From: a virus
Taxonomy: Duplodnaviria > Heunggongvirae > Uroviricota > Caudoviricetes
Length of the DNA stretch: 64,000 bases
Direction: 5' to 3' (one strand)
IMG/VR virus record: IMGVR_UViG_3300044640_001538
The position numbers were made by a program, and so were the translations under genes. The number at the start of each line of letters is the position of its first letter. Within the stretch, counting starts at the first letter, position 1. This document shows, piece after piece, positions 9,683 to 19,360 of the stretch. Under the pieces are notes generated by a model. The model made no database searches and was not told where the DNA came from. It saw only the letters and a list, made by a program, of their open reading frames with translations.

Positions 9683-10069
9683 TTAAATAATATCTTCTTT
9701 ATCAATATAAGTTTCTGTTCTAAATCCTGAATAATCACTAAATTTATATTTTGAAACTTTTATTTTATCCATTTTAAAGCCTAAAATAGTTCCATATAAT
9801 GGTTCTATACTATTTTTTCTTGTTTTATATTTAACTTTGTCGCCTATTTTCATAGTTTTTTCGCCCGAAAAAGAATTAAGAACAGACAAATTAAAAGGTA
9901 CTCCCTCTAAATCATATTCACAAGTGTAACCTACTTCTTCAAGTGCATTAATTAAATCTTCACAAAGTTCATAACTATTTTCTGTAACATCTGTATTCAA
10001 GTTAAAAACATCTATAATATCTTTTACCTTTTTTGGTAAAGTTTCATATTGTTCAAATAAATCTGTCAT
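9683..10069 (-). CDS. hypothetical protein
   Basis: ORF in track. Confidence 0.4.
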   Translation of the reverse strand: MTDLFEQYETLPKKVKDIIDVFNLNTDVTENSYELCEDLINALEEVGYTCEYDLEGVPFNLSVLNSFSGEKTMKIGDKVKYKTRKNSIEPLYGTILGFKMDKIKVSKYKFSDYSGFRTETYIDKEDII

Positions 10070-10241
10070 AATACTATTAATTAAAATCTTCCTCTACAAA
10101 TGAAATGTGTGCATAATGTTCAAAGATAATCTCTTTTGGTATTGAATAAGGGGTTTCATAATCATTTGCTACTTCACAAAAGTAGTTCCACTTTAATTGT
10201 TCTAATTGGTCTTGGTTTAATTCTTGTACGTTCATAATAAA

Positions 10242-10553
10242 TTATATTAAATTATATTCTCTTGCTTTACTTTCTAAAATATAGAAGTTTTCCCTATCTT
10301 CTATTACATATCCGTTTCTTGTTGCATAAAAATCAACTCCTGTTAAGTCGCAAAAATCTTCCCAATCTAAGATTCGGCGTAAAAAACCATAAGAAAAGGG
10401 TATTTTTTCTTCTTTAAAAACTTCATTTAAACTATTGATATACTCATCTTCATCAAGTGGTGCATCAAAATAATTTCCAGCTTGGTCAAAAGCACCTCTT
10501 TCATGCCCTGCTTGAAATGCTTTTCTTAAATCTTCTTCGTTATATGTTTTCAT
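10242..10553 (-). CDS. hypothetical protein
   Basis: ORF in track. Confidence 0.4.
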   Translation of the reverse strand: MKTYNEEDLRKAFQAGHERGAFDQAGNYFDAPLDEDEYINSLNEVFKEEKIPFSYGFLRRILDWEDFCDLTGVDFYATRNGYVIEDRENFYILESKAREYNLI

Positions 10554-10631
10554 TTTGTTAGTTTTAAACGTTTATTTTTATCAAAGGTATATCTCAATAC
10601 CAAAATTATATAAAAGTGTCTTACAATCGTT

Positions 10632-10820
10632 TTAAATGTATCTAAATTGAATATAGTTTGTATTTATATCTTCATTATTAAGTTGTGATAAAAACAAAGA
10701 TATATCTTCCCACACTAACCCATGTATTTCTGCTTCTTCAATAAATTGTTCGTCTGTACAATTAATATAATCAATTTCTGTATCATCTATATTAACTCCG
10801 TAAATTCTTTTTGTGTTCAT
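10632..10820 (-). CDS. small acidic hypothetical protein
   Basis: ORF in track. Confidence 0.35.
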   Translation of the reverse strand: MNTKRIYGVNIDDTEIDYINCTDEQFIEEAEIHGLVWEDISLFLSQLNNEDINTNYIQFRYI

Positions 10821-10846
10821 AATATTAAATTTTTATTTAAAAAGGG

Positions 10847-11050
10847 TTAAACAATAACCCTCTTACCTGTTTGTATATCTATTAAAAAACTATTAATTTC
10901 TGTTTTATATCCTTTTGGTAATTTTTCAAAATATTTTACTTTACCATTATCTAAAACTTCTGCAACTTTTTTACCTTGATACTCAAAAAATAAATCTGTT
11001 TCGTTGCACGTTAAGAATAAATCTTCTTTGTCTAATTTAATGTAGTTCAT
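10847..11050 (-). CDS. hypothetical protein
   Basis: ORF in track. Confidence 0.35.
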   Translation of the reverse strand: MNYIKLDKEDLFLTCNETDLFFEYQGKKVAEVLDNGKVKYFEKLPKGYKTEINSFLIDIQTGKRVIV

Positions 11051-11152
11051 AATGTTTGTGTTTTAAATTCATTACAAATGTATAAATAATTTCCGCAATA
11101 AAAAAATATAAAGTCAAATAAATTTTCCTAAAAACAGAAATTTATAATAAGT

Positions 11153-11371
11153 CTAAATAAGAAACGTTCTTGTTTTTTCAGTTAAATAATTCTGTACATA
11201 AATTTTATTATCTTCTTCACAATAATAATAACAATAGTCGTTATCAATACTAATCTTATCTTTTACTATTCCGTTTTCATCAACTACTGCAAAGTATGGA
11301 TAGATATTTGTAAAATTTTTACCTTTGTTACTTCTTATAAAGTCGATTATATTTTTAATTGTTTGTTTCAT
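11153..11371 (-). CDS. hypothetical protein
   Basis: ORF in track; GC-palindrome motif 11385..11412 upstream. Confidence 0.4.
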   Translation of the reverse strand: MKQTIKNIIDFIRSNKGKNFTNIYPYFAVVDENGIVKDKISIDNDYCYYYCEEDNKIYVQNYLTEKTRTFLI

Positions 11372-11384
11372 TGTTTTATGTTTT

Positions 11385-11412
11385 TAAATTTCGCGCGAAA
11401 AAAGGTTAAAAA
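11385..11412 (-). repeat. GC-palindrome motif copy (AAATTTCGCGCGAAAAAAGGTTAAAAAGATA)
   Basis: Perfect 14-bp palindrome TTTCGCGCGAAA embedded in AT-rich DNA. Confidence 0.6.
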
Positions 11413-11416
11413 GATA

Positions 11417-11623
11417 CTATTCAAATTCATATTCATAACAAGCAAACGGACAAACTTCTCCTGTGTCTGCATCTTGAAAGTTACATAACATTTGTGGGTA
11501 CATTGTATCATCATATCCTAAACCATTATTTGAAGCATAAGTAATAACTAAATCTCTATCAATCCAATCAATATAGTTTTCGTTATCGCTTTTTATTCTA
11601 ACTATTGTATTTACTAAACTCAT
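11417..11623 (-). CDS. small Cys-containing hypothetical protein
   Basis: ORF in track. Confidence 0.35.
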   Translation of the reverse strand: MSLVNTIVRIKSDNENYIDWIDRDLVITYASNNGLGYDDTMYPQMLCNFQDADTGEVCPFACYEYEFE

Positions 11624-11685
11624 AATTTTATATTTTTAAATTGTTATACAAATATATTATTAATTATTTTAATGTGCAAATGTTT

Positions 11686-11892
11686 TTATGTTAGGTTATC
11701 TGATAAATTTAATTTTAAATCAAATTCACTTTTTAAATTATCCCACACACAAAGGTAAATTTCATAATCATACATTAAATATTGTAAATTTCCAATATAC
11801 TTTGTTAATTTTTCTGTTTCTTTTAAATTGAAACTTTTATCTGGGTTGACTGCACTATCACACTCAACTAAATAATACGCTTGTTTACTCAT
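11686..11892 (-). CDS. hypothetical protein
   Basis: ORF in track; motif copy 11910..11945 upstream. Confidence 0.4.
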   Translation of the reverse strand: MSKQAYYLVECDSAVNPDKSFNLKETEKLTKYIGNLQYLMYDYEIYLCVWDNLKSEFDLKLNLSDNLT

Positions 11893-11909
11893 AATTTTTT
11901 ATTTTATAT

Positions 11910-11945
11910 TAAATTTCGCCGCGAAAAAAGATTAAAGACAGAAAA
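11910..11945 (-). repeat. GC-palindrome motif copy
   Basis: AAATTTCGCCGCGAAAAAAGATTAAAGACAGAAAAAAC. Confidence 0.55.
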
Positions 11946-11952
11946 AACTATC

Positions 11953-12120
11953 TACAATACTCTAAAGAAGTTCCTACATCTTCTCCTAAGGTCATATTCT
12001 CTCTAATAGTAGAAGATACTTTAATAACTTCATACATATATATTCCTTTACTATAATCATAAGTAGATAGTATCTCTACATATTTACCTTTGTACTTTTT
12101 ATTTACCTGTTGTTTTGTCA
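11953..12120 (-). CDS. small hypothetical protein (about 55 aa, MTKQQVNKKYKGKYVEILSTYDYSKG...) not in track
   Basis: Hand translation; the stop codon abuts the motif copy. Confidence 0.3.
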
Positions 12121-12418
12121 TTTTTTACCCTTTTTAAATTAAACATTTTATAGTAATGCATTATTAATTTTTTAGTGTTTACCACTTTAAGCCACAAAAT
12201 ACCACTTTTTGACACTCTGAAAATTGTGGTGGGTGGGTTGTCCTCCCCTATAAACACTGGCACTCACACGTTTTTTACTTTTTTCAAACGTCACTAATAA
12301 TAAACCAAACACAACTACTAACACGATTAAACAAAGTGTTGTTTTTGCCTATCAAAACTAACACAATATTACTTTTTGTTGTGCGTTTATATCCCTTAGG
12401 ATACATTGCACAATAAAT

Positions 12419-12661
12419 TTAATATTCATTCTTTTCGAGCCACTTTGCTTGTCTTTCTTTTAAAGATAAAGTGTTTCCACTACTGACGTTGTTTTTAAGA
12501 AAAGTACCTTTGTATATGGTATATTCGCCTATTGTTGTGGGATTATTTTTGTTTAGGCTGTTTGTTATAGTGTTTCTATGTACTCCTATGTAACTTGCTA
12601 CTATTGTTTTTTGATTAGTAGTAGTTGCTTTATTTGTTTTGTTGTTTATTATTATGTACAT
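12419..12661 (-). CDS. putative HTH DNA-binding protein (AlpA/excisionase-like helix IVASYIGVHRNTITNSL)
   Basis: HTH-like segment; Asn/Thr-rich low-complexity flanks. Confidence 0.35.
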   Translation of the reverse strand: MYIIINNKTNKATTTNQKTIVASYIGVHRNTITNSLNKNNPTTIGEYTIYKGTFLKNNVSSGNTLSLKERQAKWLEKNEY

Positions 12662-12698
12662 TTTTTTCTTCTGTTTTTATTCTTTTTCCGCGAAATTA

Positions 12699-13100
12699 TT
12701 ACTCCCTCGTATAAGAGCCATTTGTTACATAAACATTTGGTGTGTCACTATCTGTTATAGTAATACCTAAAACATCGTCGTTTGGTGTGTCTTGGTTATA
12801 GGTTGCTAATAGAAGTATTAAGGTTTCCCCATTACCTAAGTCGGCTTTGAATAGTGTACTACCATTATCTTCTGTAACTGTTCCTTTTGTTCTTGTAATG
12901 TTTTCTTGTATAATAGATAGTTTATTAGTTTCTATTTTACACTTTGTATTTCCTGTTGGTGTCTTTTCCCAATTACCTATAAACCTTTGTGGTATATTTA
13001 AAGTTTGACCTTGATTATTTTCTGTTGTTGGTTGGTCTGGTGTACTACAACTTGTTAAGGTTAGTAATACTAATGCTATTGATGAGATTATTTTTATCAT
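12699..13100 (-). CDS. lipoprotein
   Basis: N-terminal signal peptide MIKIISSIALVLLTLTSCSTP with lipobox (LTSC). Confidence 0.55.
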   Translation of the reverse strand: MIKIISSIALVLLTLTSCSTPDQPTTENNQGQTLNIPQRFIGNWEKTPTGNTKCKIETNKLSIIQENITRTKGTVTEDNGSTLFKADLGNGETLILLLATYNQDTPNDDVLGITITDSDTPNVYVTNGSYTRE

Positions 13101-13284
13101 AATTTTTCTGTTTTTTAATTTCTTTCGCCGAAAACCTCCATAGTTTTGGTAACGATTTTTTGTTTCTTAATACCTATTAACTTTACACAAAAACCGACTG
13201 CCTTAAATTCATATCGGTCTTGGTTTTTTATTACCCACTTATTTAAGCAAGTAATATTTTTGAATTTTATTACTCCGTACATAA

Positions 13285-13629
13285 TTAAAAATAGTGTATT
13301 TCATTTGATAAACTAAATGTTATTTTTCCCTCTGTGTTTACTCTGTTCTTTATTAATCTTTTTACCGCGATTTCAACACCTTTCAAAGAAACATATTTTT
13401 GCCTGTTCATACCTTTGTTAGTCCTACAATAATAATTCCCTCTAAACGAACTCAAAAGAAAATCGGGCGTTTTATCTCTACCAACTAAAACTAAAGTATA
13501 AACGTGGTCTTTATCTGATAAATAGACTTTTATTTGTTTTTCTTCGTTGTATAACTGCTCTAAAGTTACACCTAAACTTTTAATTGTTTTCATAATACTC
13601 TGTATAAATGTTATAGCAATATTCTTCAA
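13285..13629 (-). CDS. hypothetical protein
   Basis: ORF in track; 50-nt overlap with upstream ORF in a different frame. Confidence 0.35.
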   Translation of the reverse strand: MKNIAITFIQSIMKTIKSLGVTLEQLYNEEKQIKVYLSDKDHVYTLVLVGRDKTPDFLLSSFRGNYYCRTNKGMNRQKYVSLKGVEIAVKRLIKNRVNTEGKITFSLSNEIHYF

Positions 13630-13945
13630 AACATAACCATACTACAAATGTGTAATGCGGTAAATTGTGTCTGTTTTTTATTGGTTCGCCTATTTCTTCT
13701 TCATAATCCTGTTTCATTTCTTCGAGTTCGTCAATATGTTTTATGTAGAAGTTTTTACAATCGTTATGATAAATAAAGTCGCCAACCATTCCACTTATAC
13801 AACCGCCCTTTTGCATATCTTCTAAAAATGCTTTTAACTGGTCTTTTTTCTTTCCGTCATAACCTTGCATTTTATTTAAGATTATTATATTGAAGTCTTT
13901 TGATACCTCTAAACTACTGAAACGGTTTTCTTTTAATGTTTTCAT
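13580..13945 (-). CDS. hypothetical protein (Cys/His-containing)
   Basis: ORF in track. Confidence 0.4.
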   Translation of the reverse strand: MKTLKENRFSSLEVSKDFNIIILNKMQGYDGKKKDQLKAFLEDMQKGGCISGMVGDFIYHNDCKNFYIKHIDELEEMKQDYEEEIGEPIKNRHNLPHYTFVVWLCFEEYCYNIYTEYYENN

Positions 13946-14034
13946 AACTATATATGTTTTTTAATTATTGTTATACAAATGTATTAAATTGTTTTTAAAT
14001 ATACAACTGTTTTTTATTTTTTTTTCGCGAAATT

Positions 14035-14403
14035 TTAATAAATTATTTCGACTTCTTTCAGTTCGTGAATAGTTAAAAAGATATTGTTAGAATATAATAC
14101 TTTTTCTTCTTGTTTCCACTCGTTTACTTCTGTTTCACTTGCCTCGCAATTTTCTTCATCAACTAAAACTGAATAATGTAAAATGTTTTTTTCTTCCGTT
14201 TCTTCTTCTTCGTGTGGTAACATTGCACCCGCCCAACTGAAACTATAATATAAAAAGTCTTTAAAATACTTTTCAATGGCTTGTTTAGGACTTTCGGCTT
14301 TTACTTCCTTATCTAAACTATATGCGTTTACTTGATTAAGTTCGCCTTGTTCGTAACTATCTACATAAACAATATGTTCTGTATTTATTTTATATGTTTT
14401 CAT
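14035..14403 (-). CDS. acidic hypothetical protein
   Basis: ORF in track. Confidence 0.4.
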   Translation of the reverse strand: MKTYKINTEHIVYVDSYEQGELNQVNAYSLDKEVKAESPKQAIEKYFKDFLYYSFSWAGAMLPHEEEETEEKNILHYSVLVDEENCEASETEVNEWKQEEKVLYSNNIFLTIHELKEVEIIY

Positions 14404-14411
14404 TTTCTTAA

Positions 14412-14582
14412 ATTTTAAAGTATTACTTCCAATCTACCAATTTCTTTACTTCTTAATATGTAACAAGTCTTTAAACCTCTACTTACTTTTACATATTCTA
14501 CTTTATGTTTTTTTAGTGCCGATTTTAAGGCAACCATACTTCCCGCATTTTCTAAAACTATATTTTTTATTTGTTCGTGCAT
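14412..14582 (-). CDS. small hypothetical protein (56 aa, MHEQIKNIVLENAGSMVALKSALKKHKVEY...) not in track
   Basis: Hand translation of minus strand. Confidence 0.25.
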
Positions 14583-15240
14583 ATTATTTTAATTTAATTG
14601 AGATAAACAAATTTGTTTTAATTCTTTTGGCAAACTACTTAATAATTCCGCCAAAGAAAAAGCAATAAAGCAATAATATAAAGTATTAAATTCATACCAT
14701 TGCAACCCGTTTTTAGTTACTATTCTAATCATTGAAAAATTAATCTAAATAAAAATTGATAAACAAACATATATAAAAATATAACTACTAAAATGATTTT
14801 GATATACTTATTCATAATATATTGGGTTTTTAAATTAGTTCCGTTGTATGTTTCGCTCATATTATACTAACAACTATTTAGCAACGGATAATATTTTTTT
14901 ACACATTCATTATTTATAGTTGCAAGATAGTGCTAATACAACTTTTGTTATTCTCTGTAAGGTGCTAACTCACGCCTTTACGCTTTGAGGAAGATTCAAC
15001 CTTAATAACTTGTTACACAATATGTCAAAGAGCGTTGTTCTAATTTGATATAGCAAAGATAAAACAAATTTTTAAACTACCAAATAAAATTTTAATTATT
15101 TTATTAATTTAAAATCATTCTAAATAAGAGCGTTATATCTTTATTCAATCATTTTGATAGTACAAATGTATATTAAACATTTTAAATAAAAAAGTTGTTT
15201 ATTAATTATTTTATTCGTATAATACGTGCGCGTGCGCAAT

Positions 15241-15275
15241 TCAATATATAATCGGCGCAAAGAAACTAAAAACAG
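15241..15275 (-). repeat. GC-palindrome motif copy inside the large non-coding region
   Basis: ATCGGCGCAAAGAAACTAAAAACAGCCC preceded by GTGCGCGTGCGCA. Confidence 0.45.
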
Positions 15276-16120
15276 CCCTAAAATTAAATACAATACATTT
15301 AAACAAAGATAATATAAATAACATATCTACATATCAAAATAAAAAGATAATGCAACCAAAACAATATTTGAATAATGCAAATTATTTATGTTAAAAGTTA
15401 TGCCGCAAAAGAAAATAAATAAAAAACAAATATAAACTGTTAAATTATTATAATCAATATCAATTCTAAATAAGCAATAATATAGAATGAATATAAACTA
15501 CAATATTGTTAACAAATAACACAATAAAAATTTTGAAAATCAAAAACTTTTTTAGAGCGTTTCTCCTGGACCGAAATGCAAGTGTAATAGAGTGGTGGGT
15601 GTGGAGTAAAAACGCTTTGGAGACTACGGCGGTTTCTGTATGGTCATAAGACAGAGAACCACGTACGACCAATTTTTAAACTATTTCCAAGTTTTGCTAT
15701 TTATCACATCTTTTATAGTGTGTTCCCCACAATTAAAAATTCTTGCTAGTTCTTTGACGGGGGTATATTTATACACACCATACCTAATTTCATTAACTAT
15801 ATCCCAATTCATTTTAGTGTTCCTTGTCTTTTTAACATTTTCTTTAAGTGGTATCCATTGACAATTATCTGCTGAATAGTTTCCATCATTGTTTATTCTG
15901 TCTATAGATAATTTTATTCTATTCTTTTATTTCTTTTACGCGGCAATCTTTTTTACCAACTACGATACATTTTAATTTTGAATACTGGCATCAATCCTAA
16001 GCCACTATAACAATAAAGTAATACAAGTATATAAAAATAAAAAAGTTTTTGTCTTAAAACGCCTAAAATGAAAAAGTGTAAATATATTAGGTGGGGGGTA
16101 CATTTTAAGAGGTGGGGTAT

Positions 16121-16156
16121 ATAAAATAAAAAACCCCTACTTGTTATAAGTAAGGG
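16121..16156 (-). terminator. rho-independent terminator on minus strand (9-bp stem CCCTTACTT/AAGTAGGGG plus TTTTTTATTTT)
   Basis: Hairpin followed by a T-tract on the minus strand, at the end of the 16302..16913 early transcription unit. Confidence 0.55.
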
Positions 16157-16301
16157 TTAAGGTTAGTATTCTAATCTGTCTTTTATTGCTTCTGCTTTTT
16201 CTATTAGTTGTTTACTTTCTTCTCCTGGTATTGTTTTTAGAAAGTCTATTAGTTCTTTGTATAGCCATTTCATTTTATTTCTGTTTTTTACGCGCGAAAT
16301 T

Positions 16302-16913
16302 CTAACTTACACTTCTTGCAAAATCTATTGCCATTTGTTTTGCATCTTCTAATGTTTTTGCTGTCCATTCTCCTTTGCCCCATTTTTCAGGATATTCAGA
16401 AAACATACCACTTATTTGACCTCTCATTTTTTCATTAGGTGTTTTATCATCATAGGTATAACGTACCCATATTCCTAATTTTCCATCTTGTTCTCCCTCT
16501 TCAGCAATTGGATTTACTTTATGTGTCTCATACATATCTGTGTCACCCCAAAAACGTAAACAGTCTTGTTTAAAATCTTCTTTATTTGATGGTTCAAAAC
16601 CACAATTACCTTGTTTACATTCACTCCCTATACCAAATCCAAATATCGCTCTGTGTGACCAACCATACCATTTCTGTTCTGTGGGGTTAAATCCTATACA
16701 GCAAGTTTTTGGTTCTCCATATCCATCTTGTATTTGTTCAGTGATTCCTTTTTTTAGTAGAAAGTTTAATTCTTCTTCCATTCCTACTCTTGTTAAATAG
16801 GCACCGTCTACTTTTGAATAATAAATTTTACCTTCATCATTAGGGATTCTTGAATCTCCTATATTTGCAATTGAATTAATAAACTCTTGCAACTCTTTTT
16901 TGTTTTCTTTCAT
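16302..16913 (-). CDS. hypothetical protein (203 aa, Cys/Gly/Trp-rich central region)
   Basis: ORF in track; no recognisable motif. Confidence 0.45.
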   Translation of the reverse strand: MKENKKELQEFINSIANIGDSRIPNDEGKIYYSKVDGAYLTRVGMEEELNFLLKKGITEQIQDGYGEPKTCCIGFNPTEQKWYGWSHRAIFGFGIGSECKQGNCGFEPSNKEDFKQDCLRFWGDTDMYETHKVNPIAEEGEQDGKLGIWVRYTYDDKTPNEKMRGQISGMFSEYPEKWGKGEWTAKTLEDAKQMAIDFARSVS

Positions 16914-16944
16914 TTTTCTGTTTTTAAGTTTTTTCCGCCGAAAT

Positions 16945-17151
16945 TTATTTCGTATTATACTCTTCTATTACAGGGCACTTTAATATTTCTATTTCTAGTA
17001 TGAGGTTCTTTCTTTCATACTCTTCTCTAGTTATTTTTTCTTCGTGCCACAAATATTGAAAATTAGGTTTGTTATAATCTTCTGTAGATAGTATTGTATG
17101 TTTTAAATATTCTGACCACTCTTCTTGAGTTTTTAACATTTCTTCTTTCAT
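16945..17151 (-). CDS. hypothetical protein
   Basis: ORF in track. Confidence 0.35.
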   Translation of the reverse strand: MKEEMLKTQEEWSEYLKHTILSTEDYNKPNFQYLWHEEKITREEYERKNLILEIEILKCPVIEEYNTK

Positions 17152-17155
17152 GGTC

Positions 17156-17698
17156 TTATCTTTTATCTTCCATATCTAATCTTGAATACCCATAAGATTG
17201 GTCTTGAATAAGTCTGAAGGTTTTAACAACAGCAAAATTAGCTATTTTAAAATATTCAAAATTTAGTCCATACCCCATCTCTTTAAATTTATCTAAAACT
17301 GATTTTTCTATATTGTCTGGAGTTATGTCTTTTATATTGTTCGTAAATACAAAATTAGCAACTTCACTCATAGCAATATTCTGAAGAGTTTCTTCTGGGT
17401 GATATAAAGTGTTGTATAATGTTTCTATATCTTCAACTGAATAACCAAAAGAACTGCTGATAGTGAGCGTTTGTAAATCTTTTGAAGTTAAAGTTTGAAT
17501 AGGTACTTCTCCAACTCTTAGTCTTGTTTCTTGTATAAAAACGCTATCGAAATAAGGTATTCTGAAGTATATTCCTTTATTTAACTTTTTTATTTTTCTT
17601 CCGTTTCTTACTCTTAATCCTGTTTGCCACGGCTGAATTATTACAAACACTTTAACGGCGTTAAATATATATTCAAAAAATTGTTGTACTTGATTCAA
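17156..17698 (-). CDS. SPFH/band-7 (stomatin/prohibitin-like) domain protein
   Basis: Region VKVFVIIQPWQTGLRVRNGRKIKKLNKGIYFRIPYFDSVFIQETRLRVGEVPIQTLTSKDLQTLTISSSFGYSV fits the SPFH core pattern (qtGl..r.G....l.pG.hf.iP..d.v...d.R). Confidence 0.45.
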   Translation of the reverse strand: MNQVQQFFEYIFNAVKVFVIIQPWQTGLRVRNGRKIKKLNKGIYFRIPYFDSVFIQETRLRVGEVPIQTLTSKDLQTLTISSSFGYSVEDIETLYNTLYHPEETLQNIAMSEVANFVFTNNIKDITPDNIEKSVLDKFKEMGYGLNFEYFKIANFAVVKTFRLIQDQSYGYSRLDMEDKR

Positions 17699-17699
17699 A

Positions 17700-18017
17700 T
17701 TATAATCTTTTTAATATTTCTTGTTTTACTTCATTATATTCTTCCTCTTCAATCTTTTTTCCCGACTTACCTAAAATAAACTCTAAAAATTTATATGGTA
17801 AATCTTCTTCATCTGTAACCCAATCTTTTCTGATTCTAATTCCATATAAATCTGAGTTAGGTATAACTGTTTCAAAAATAAAATCCGTTACATCCTCACC
17901 ATTATCTTGTTCTAAAACTATTTTATTGTAGTTTTGTTCGGCGCAAGAAAAATAATAAGTTCCTGGATTTACTTCTATTTCTTCTGTTACTACTTGTTTA
18001 GTCTTTGTTATTTTCAT
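17700..18017 (-). CDS. hypothetical protein
   Basis: ORF in track. Confidence 0.4.
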   Translation of the reverse strand: MKITKTKQVVTEEIEVNPGTYYFSCAEQNYNKIVLEQDNGEDVTDFIFETVIPNSDLYGIRIRKDWVTDEEDLPYKFLEFILGKSGKKIEEEEYNEVKQEILKRL

Positions 18018-18391
18018 ATCGTATATAGTTTTTCCGTGTCGTAATATTTATATTTCTGTTTCTCCACCGCCTCAATCATCCAAGGCAATAATTCAAATTC
18101 TTCCTTTATTATTTCAAATTCTATTTTCGGCAGATACCCTTTAGCTCTATCTTGAGCGTATTCTTTTATTTGAAAGTTTATTGCTTCTTTACATTTGAAT
18201 ATCTGTTGTAATAGTTCTGGTTCTTTAGTTGGTACTAATTTACCTTGGCTATCGTATAGGTAGAAAGCTTCTTTTGCTGAATATTTATCTCCTTTTTCAA
18301 TCTTTTTTGGCGGCGAACCAGAAAAAGTAAAGGTATCTCTGTATTTGAAATACCAATTCCAATCTCTGTCAAAGTTTTTACTGAATTTCAT
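18014..18391 (-). CDS. hypothetical protein
   Basis: ORF in track; 4-nt overlaps with neighbours. Confidence 0.4.
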   Translation of the reverse strand: MKFSKNFDRDWNWYFKYRDTFTFSGSPPKKIEKGDKYSAKEAFYLYDSQGKLVPTKEPELLQQIFKCKEAINFQIKEYAQDRAKGYLPKIEFEIIKEEFELLPWMIEAVEKQKYKYYDTEKLYTI

Positions 18392-18587
18392 TACTACAAT
18401 AGCATTTTACGTTGCCCGATGTATTTCCGCTACAATTACTAATACCGCATTTTGGACATAAAACTGTTAGCGTTAACCTATATAGATGTTTATTAGCCTC
18501 TATAAGCATTTTTATTAACTGCTCTTTTGATAACAAATCGTACATTTCAAACTTTTCTTGGTCGGTTGTTATTACTGTTGTAATCAT
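18378..18587 (-). CDS. small zinc-finger-like protein (CPKCG...C..N....C.C)
   Basis: Cys cluster CPKCGISNCSGNTSGNVKCYC. Confidence 0.35.
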   Translation of the reverse strand: MITTVITTDQEKFEMYDLLSKEQLIKMLIEANKHLYRLTLTVLCPKCGISNCSGNTSGNVKCYCSNEIQ

Positions 18588-18799
18588 AATTTATAATCTG
18601 TTATAAAAGAAACTTTCTCTATACCTGGCAGACTTGTTGTATTTTCATTAACCATTCGTAAATCTATATTTTTTAAATACTCTGTCCAGTGCTCTGTATC
18701 GAAATCAAATTTTTGTGGTATTACAGTTAAATCAATTGAGAAAAACGGCTCTATATAATCGTATTGTAATCCTAAAATTGTATCGTAGTAGAAATTCAT
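18584..18799 (-). CDS. hypothetical protein (in-frame continuation of the P-loop ORF across a single TAA)
   Basis: Same reading frame as 18803..19045; the two are separated only by TAA-CTT. Confidence 0.3.
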   Translation of the reverse strand: MNFYYDTILGLQYDYIEPFFSIDLTVIPQKFDFDTEHWTEYLKNIDLRMVNENTTSLPGIEKVSFITDYKL

Positions 18800-18802
18800 A
18801 AG

Positions 18803-19045
18803 TTAACAAGTAATTATTATGTGGTCACTTTTAGTTTCAATCTCATAAGTTTTGTAATGCTCTGATTCTAATCTTGCAAGTAATATTCTTAAAAAATAAC
18901 TTTGAGCTAAATCGTATAATTCTGCATCTGGGTCTAAAACACCACTTCTTTTATCAAAACCTTTATATAAAACTAATTTTTTATCTGTAAACAGTCTTTG
19001 TATTGCTTGGTCTACTGCTCTTGTCGTTTTTCCACTTCTTCTCAT
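18803..19045 (-). CDS. short P-loop (Walker A) protein MRRSGKTTRAV...
   Basis: Walker-A-like RSGKTT at the N-terminus; 80 aa is too short for a full NTPase unless read through into the next ORF. Confidence 0.35.
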   Translation of the reverse strand: MRRSGKTTRAVDQAIQRLFTDKKLVLYKGFDKRSGVLDPDAELYDLAQSYFLRILLARLESEHYKTYEIETKSDHIIITC

Positions 19046-19046
19046 G

Positions 19047-19358
19047 TTATAATAATTTTAATTTTTTAGCTCTCTTTAAAAGAATCTTAATATCTCTATA
19101 GGTTTCTTTCCAATCATACCCTTTTGATTTTAGTTCTTCTTTACACTCTTCTTTAAATTCTTTTTTGCCGCACTCTAAGAAGAAGGTTAGATTGTCATAA
19201 AACAAAGGTTTATCTCCAATTTTACCATCTGTTATTTGAATATATCCAAATTGATAAAGAGGTTCATTTTCTTTATATCCAGATAAATCTTTTTTAACAG
19301 AAATGTTTAATTCTATATCGTTTAGATAAAATTGTACGTTAGTTTGTATTTCGTTCAT
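19047..19358 (-). CDS. hypothetical protein
   Basis: ORF in track. Confidence 0.4.
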   Translation of the reverse strand: MNEIQTNVQFYLNDIELNISVKKDLSGYKENEPLYQFGYIQITDGKIGDKPLFYDNLTFFLECGKKEFKEECKEELKSKGYDWKETYRDIKILLKRAKKLKLL

Positions 19359-19360
19359 AT

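Noticed and set aside
15466-15861. ORFs 15466..15672 (-) and 15640..15861 (+) inside the 1.9-kb non-coding region
   Set aside because: They are short and low-complexity with no start context, and they overlap the GC-rich inverted-repeat island that is more plausibly RNA or DNA structure.
18797-18808. Stop-codon reassignment (TAA read as sense), suggested by the in-frame TAA between two ORFs
   Set aside because: It is a single instance. All other genes terminate normally at TAA, TAG or TGA with sensible lengths. Known Bacteroidetes-phage recoding involves TAG or TGA, not TAA.
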